Shown: piece after piece, positions 62,950 to 64,000 of the stretch | Layout of the letters: each line of letters starts with the position of its first letter | Position numbering within the stretch: the first letter of the stretch is position 1 | Source: an uncultured Chlamydiales bacterium | GTDB lineage: Bacteria; Chlamydiota; Chlamydiia; Chlamydiales; JAAKFR01 | Direction of reading: 5' to 3' | Assembly (NCBI GenBank): GCA_963699155.1 | Contig: OY969414.1 | Location: 1,163,757-1,227,756, forward strand | DNA: 64,000 nt | The notes under the pieces: model-generated | What the model was told of the DNA's origin: nothing | What the model saw: the letters and a program-made list of their open reading frames with translations, nothing else | Database searches by the model: none | Made by a program: the position numbers and the translations under genes

Positions 62950-64000
62950 ATGAAACTAAAAATCATGTTGCTCGCAGCTCTCCTCTTCATCCCCCAGATG
63001 GCCCCTGCCTATTATGTTTACCACCCCTGCTGCCGTTCTAATGGTTGGTGGGCCGACATCGATTACTTGGTCCTCTGGAGAAAAAAACGGTTTTATCCTC
63101 CTCTTGTCACCTCAAACCCGACTCTTCTCCCCGCTCTTGGAGCGCCTGGAACGCAGATACTGTTTGGGAATGAAAAGGTAGGCGGCAAAGCAAAATCGGG
63201 CTTCAATATCGATGTGGGAGCCTGGATGAATCCCTGTCTCGCCTTGGGGACAGGCTTTCTCATTATTGCTGACGAACCAGTCAAATTTGACATCAAGGGT
63301 AATGGAGTCGGACAGCCGATTTTTGGTCGCCCCTTCTTTAATACGATTTCAGGGTTAGAAGATGTAGATGAGATCTCTTTTCCTCTCAGCGCGGTGAACG
63401 GAGAGATCAACATCGATACCTTCAATCGGGCGCTCGATTATGATCTCTATGCCCGTTGGCGCTTCGGGAAAACCCCCAGCCTTAAACTCGATTTTTTGCT
63501 TGGCTTCGATTACAACCAAGTCAAAGACAATCTGACCATCTCGACCAAATCGACAACTCCTTTAGTTCCGATCGGCCCCACTGTGGAAACCGTGAAGGAT
63601 CTCTTCAAGTGCAGAAATGAGTTTTATGGTGGCCTTGTCGGAGCGATCGCAGAGTGGAGGACCAAAAATTGGGCATTCATGTTCACCGGGAAACTGGGTA
63701 TCGGTAATATGCGTAAAACGGTGGAGATCAGAGGTGACACGACGTTGATCAACACCCTCCTTTTTAATGGATCGACCACCATTCCTGTTGGGCTTTTAGC
63801 CCAAACCTCAAACATTGGTGAAACGAAACATAACAAATTTGAAGTGGTGCCTCAATTCCATGCCAATTTCCAGTGGCATGTTTGCGACTGGTGTGGCCAA
63901 ATATGGCTCAATGTGGGCTACATGTATATGTACTGGCCCTCAGTTGTTTTAGCCGGTGATCAGGTCGATCTCAACATTAACCTCGATCAGCCACCTCTGG
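62950..64000 (+). CDS. BBP7-like outer-membrane beta-barrel protein (runs off the window end)
   Basis: Signal peptide, WWADIDYLVLWRK..PPLVTS..TQILFG, GRPFFN; not in the ORF track because its stop is outside the window. Confidence 0.65.
   Translation, partial: MKLKIMLLAALLFIPQMAPAYYVYHPCCRSNGWWADIDYLVLWRKKRFYPPLVTSNPTLLPALGAPGTQILFGNEKVGGKAKSGFNIDVGAWMNPCLALGTGFLIIADEPVKFDIKGNGVGQPIFGRPFFNTISGLEDVDEISFPLSAVNGEINIDTFNRALDYDLYARWRFGKTPSLKLDFLLGFDYNQVKDNLTISTKSTTPLVPIGPTVETVKDLFKCRNEFYGGLVGAIAEWRTKNWAFMFTGKLGIGNMRKTVEIRGDTTLINTLLFNGSTTIPVGLLAQTSNIGETKHNKFEVVPQFHANFQWHVCDWCGQIWLNVGYMYMYWPSVVLAGDQVDLNINLDQPPL

Overview
This window is from an environmental-chlamydia-like bacterium. Evidence: tandem MOMP-type porins with the LP(I/V)GNPSEASL motif, and a DUF1207/LOG-like/MYG1/HIT/HEAT block in chlamydial order at the right end. 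Positions 1-25 kb are accessory metabolic genes: peptide and aromatic amino-acid uptake, a type III PKS cluster, a desaturase, IS remnants, a palindromic MITE and two probable attenuator leader peptides. Positions 25,262-55,234 are a ~30 kb element integrated in a CAT-anticodon tRNA and bounded by a 42-bp direct repeat. It encodes a tyrosine integrase, excisionase-like HTH, P4/D5-type primase-helicase, TerS/TerL and RecT-like/YqaJ recombination genes, but no visible capsid, portal or tail genes. It also carries defence-like genes and a heavily frameshifted glucoamylase-ackA-xfp-fba-H+-ATPase cargo. The most striking item is a compact cassette inside the element: a stand-alone Cas7/RAMP-like gene (29,640-30,248), a non-coding pentamer array of GGY-NN units starting 3 nt after its stop (30,252-30,317), and then an HNH nuclease gene. 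This is a candidate CRISPR-independent RNA-guided system with a gapped dinucleotide code. All family calls are by eye from motifs; no searches were run.
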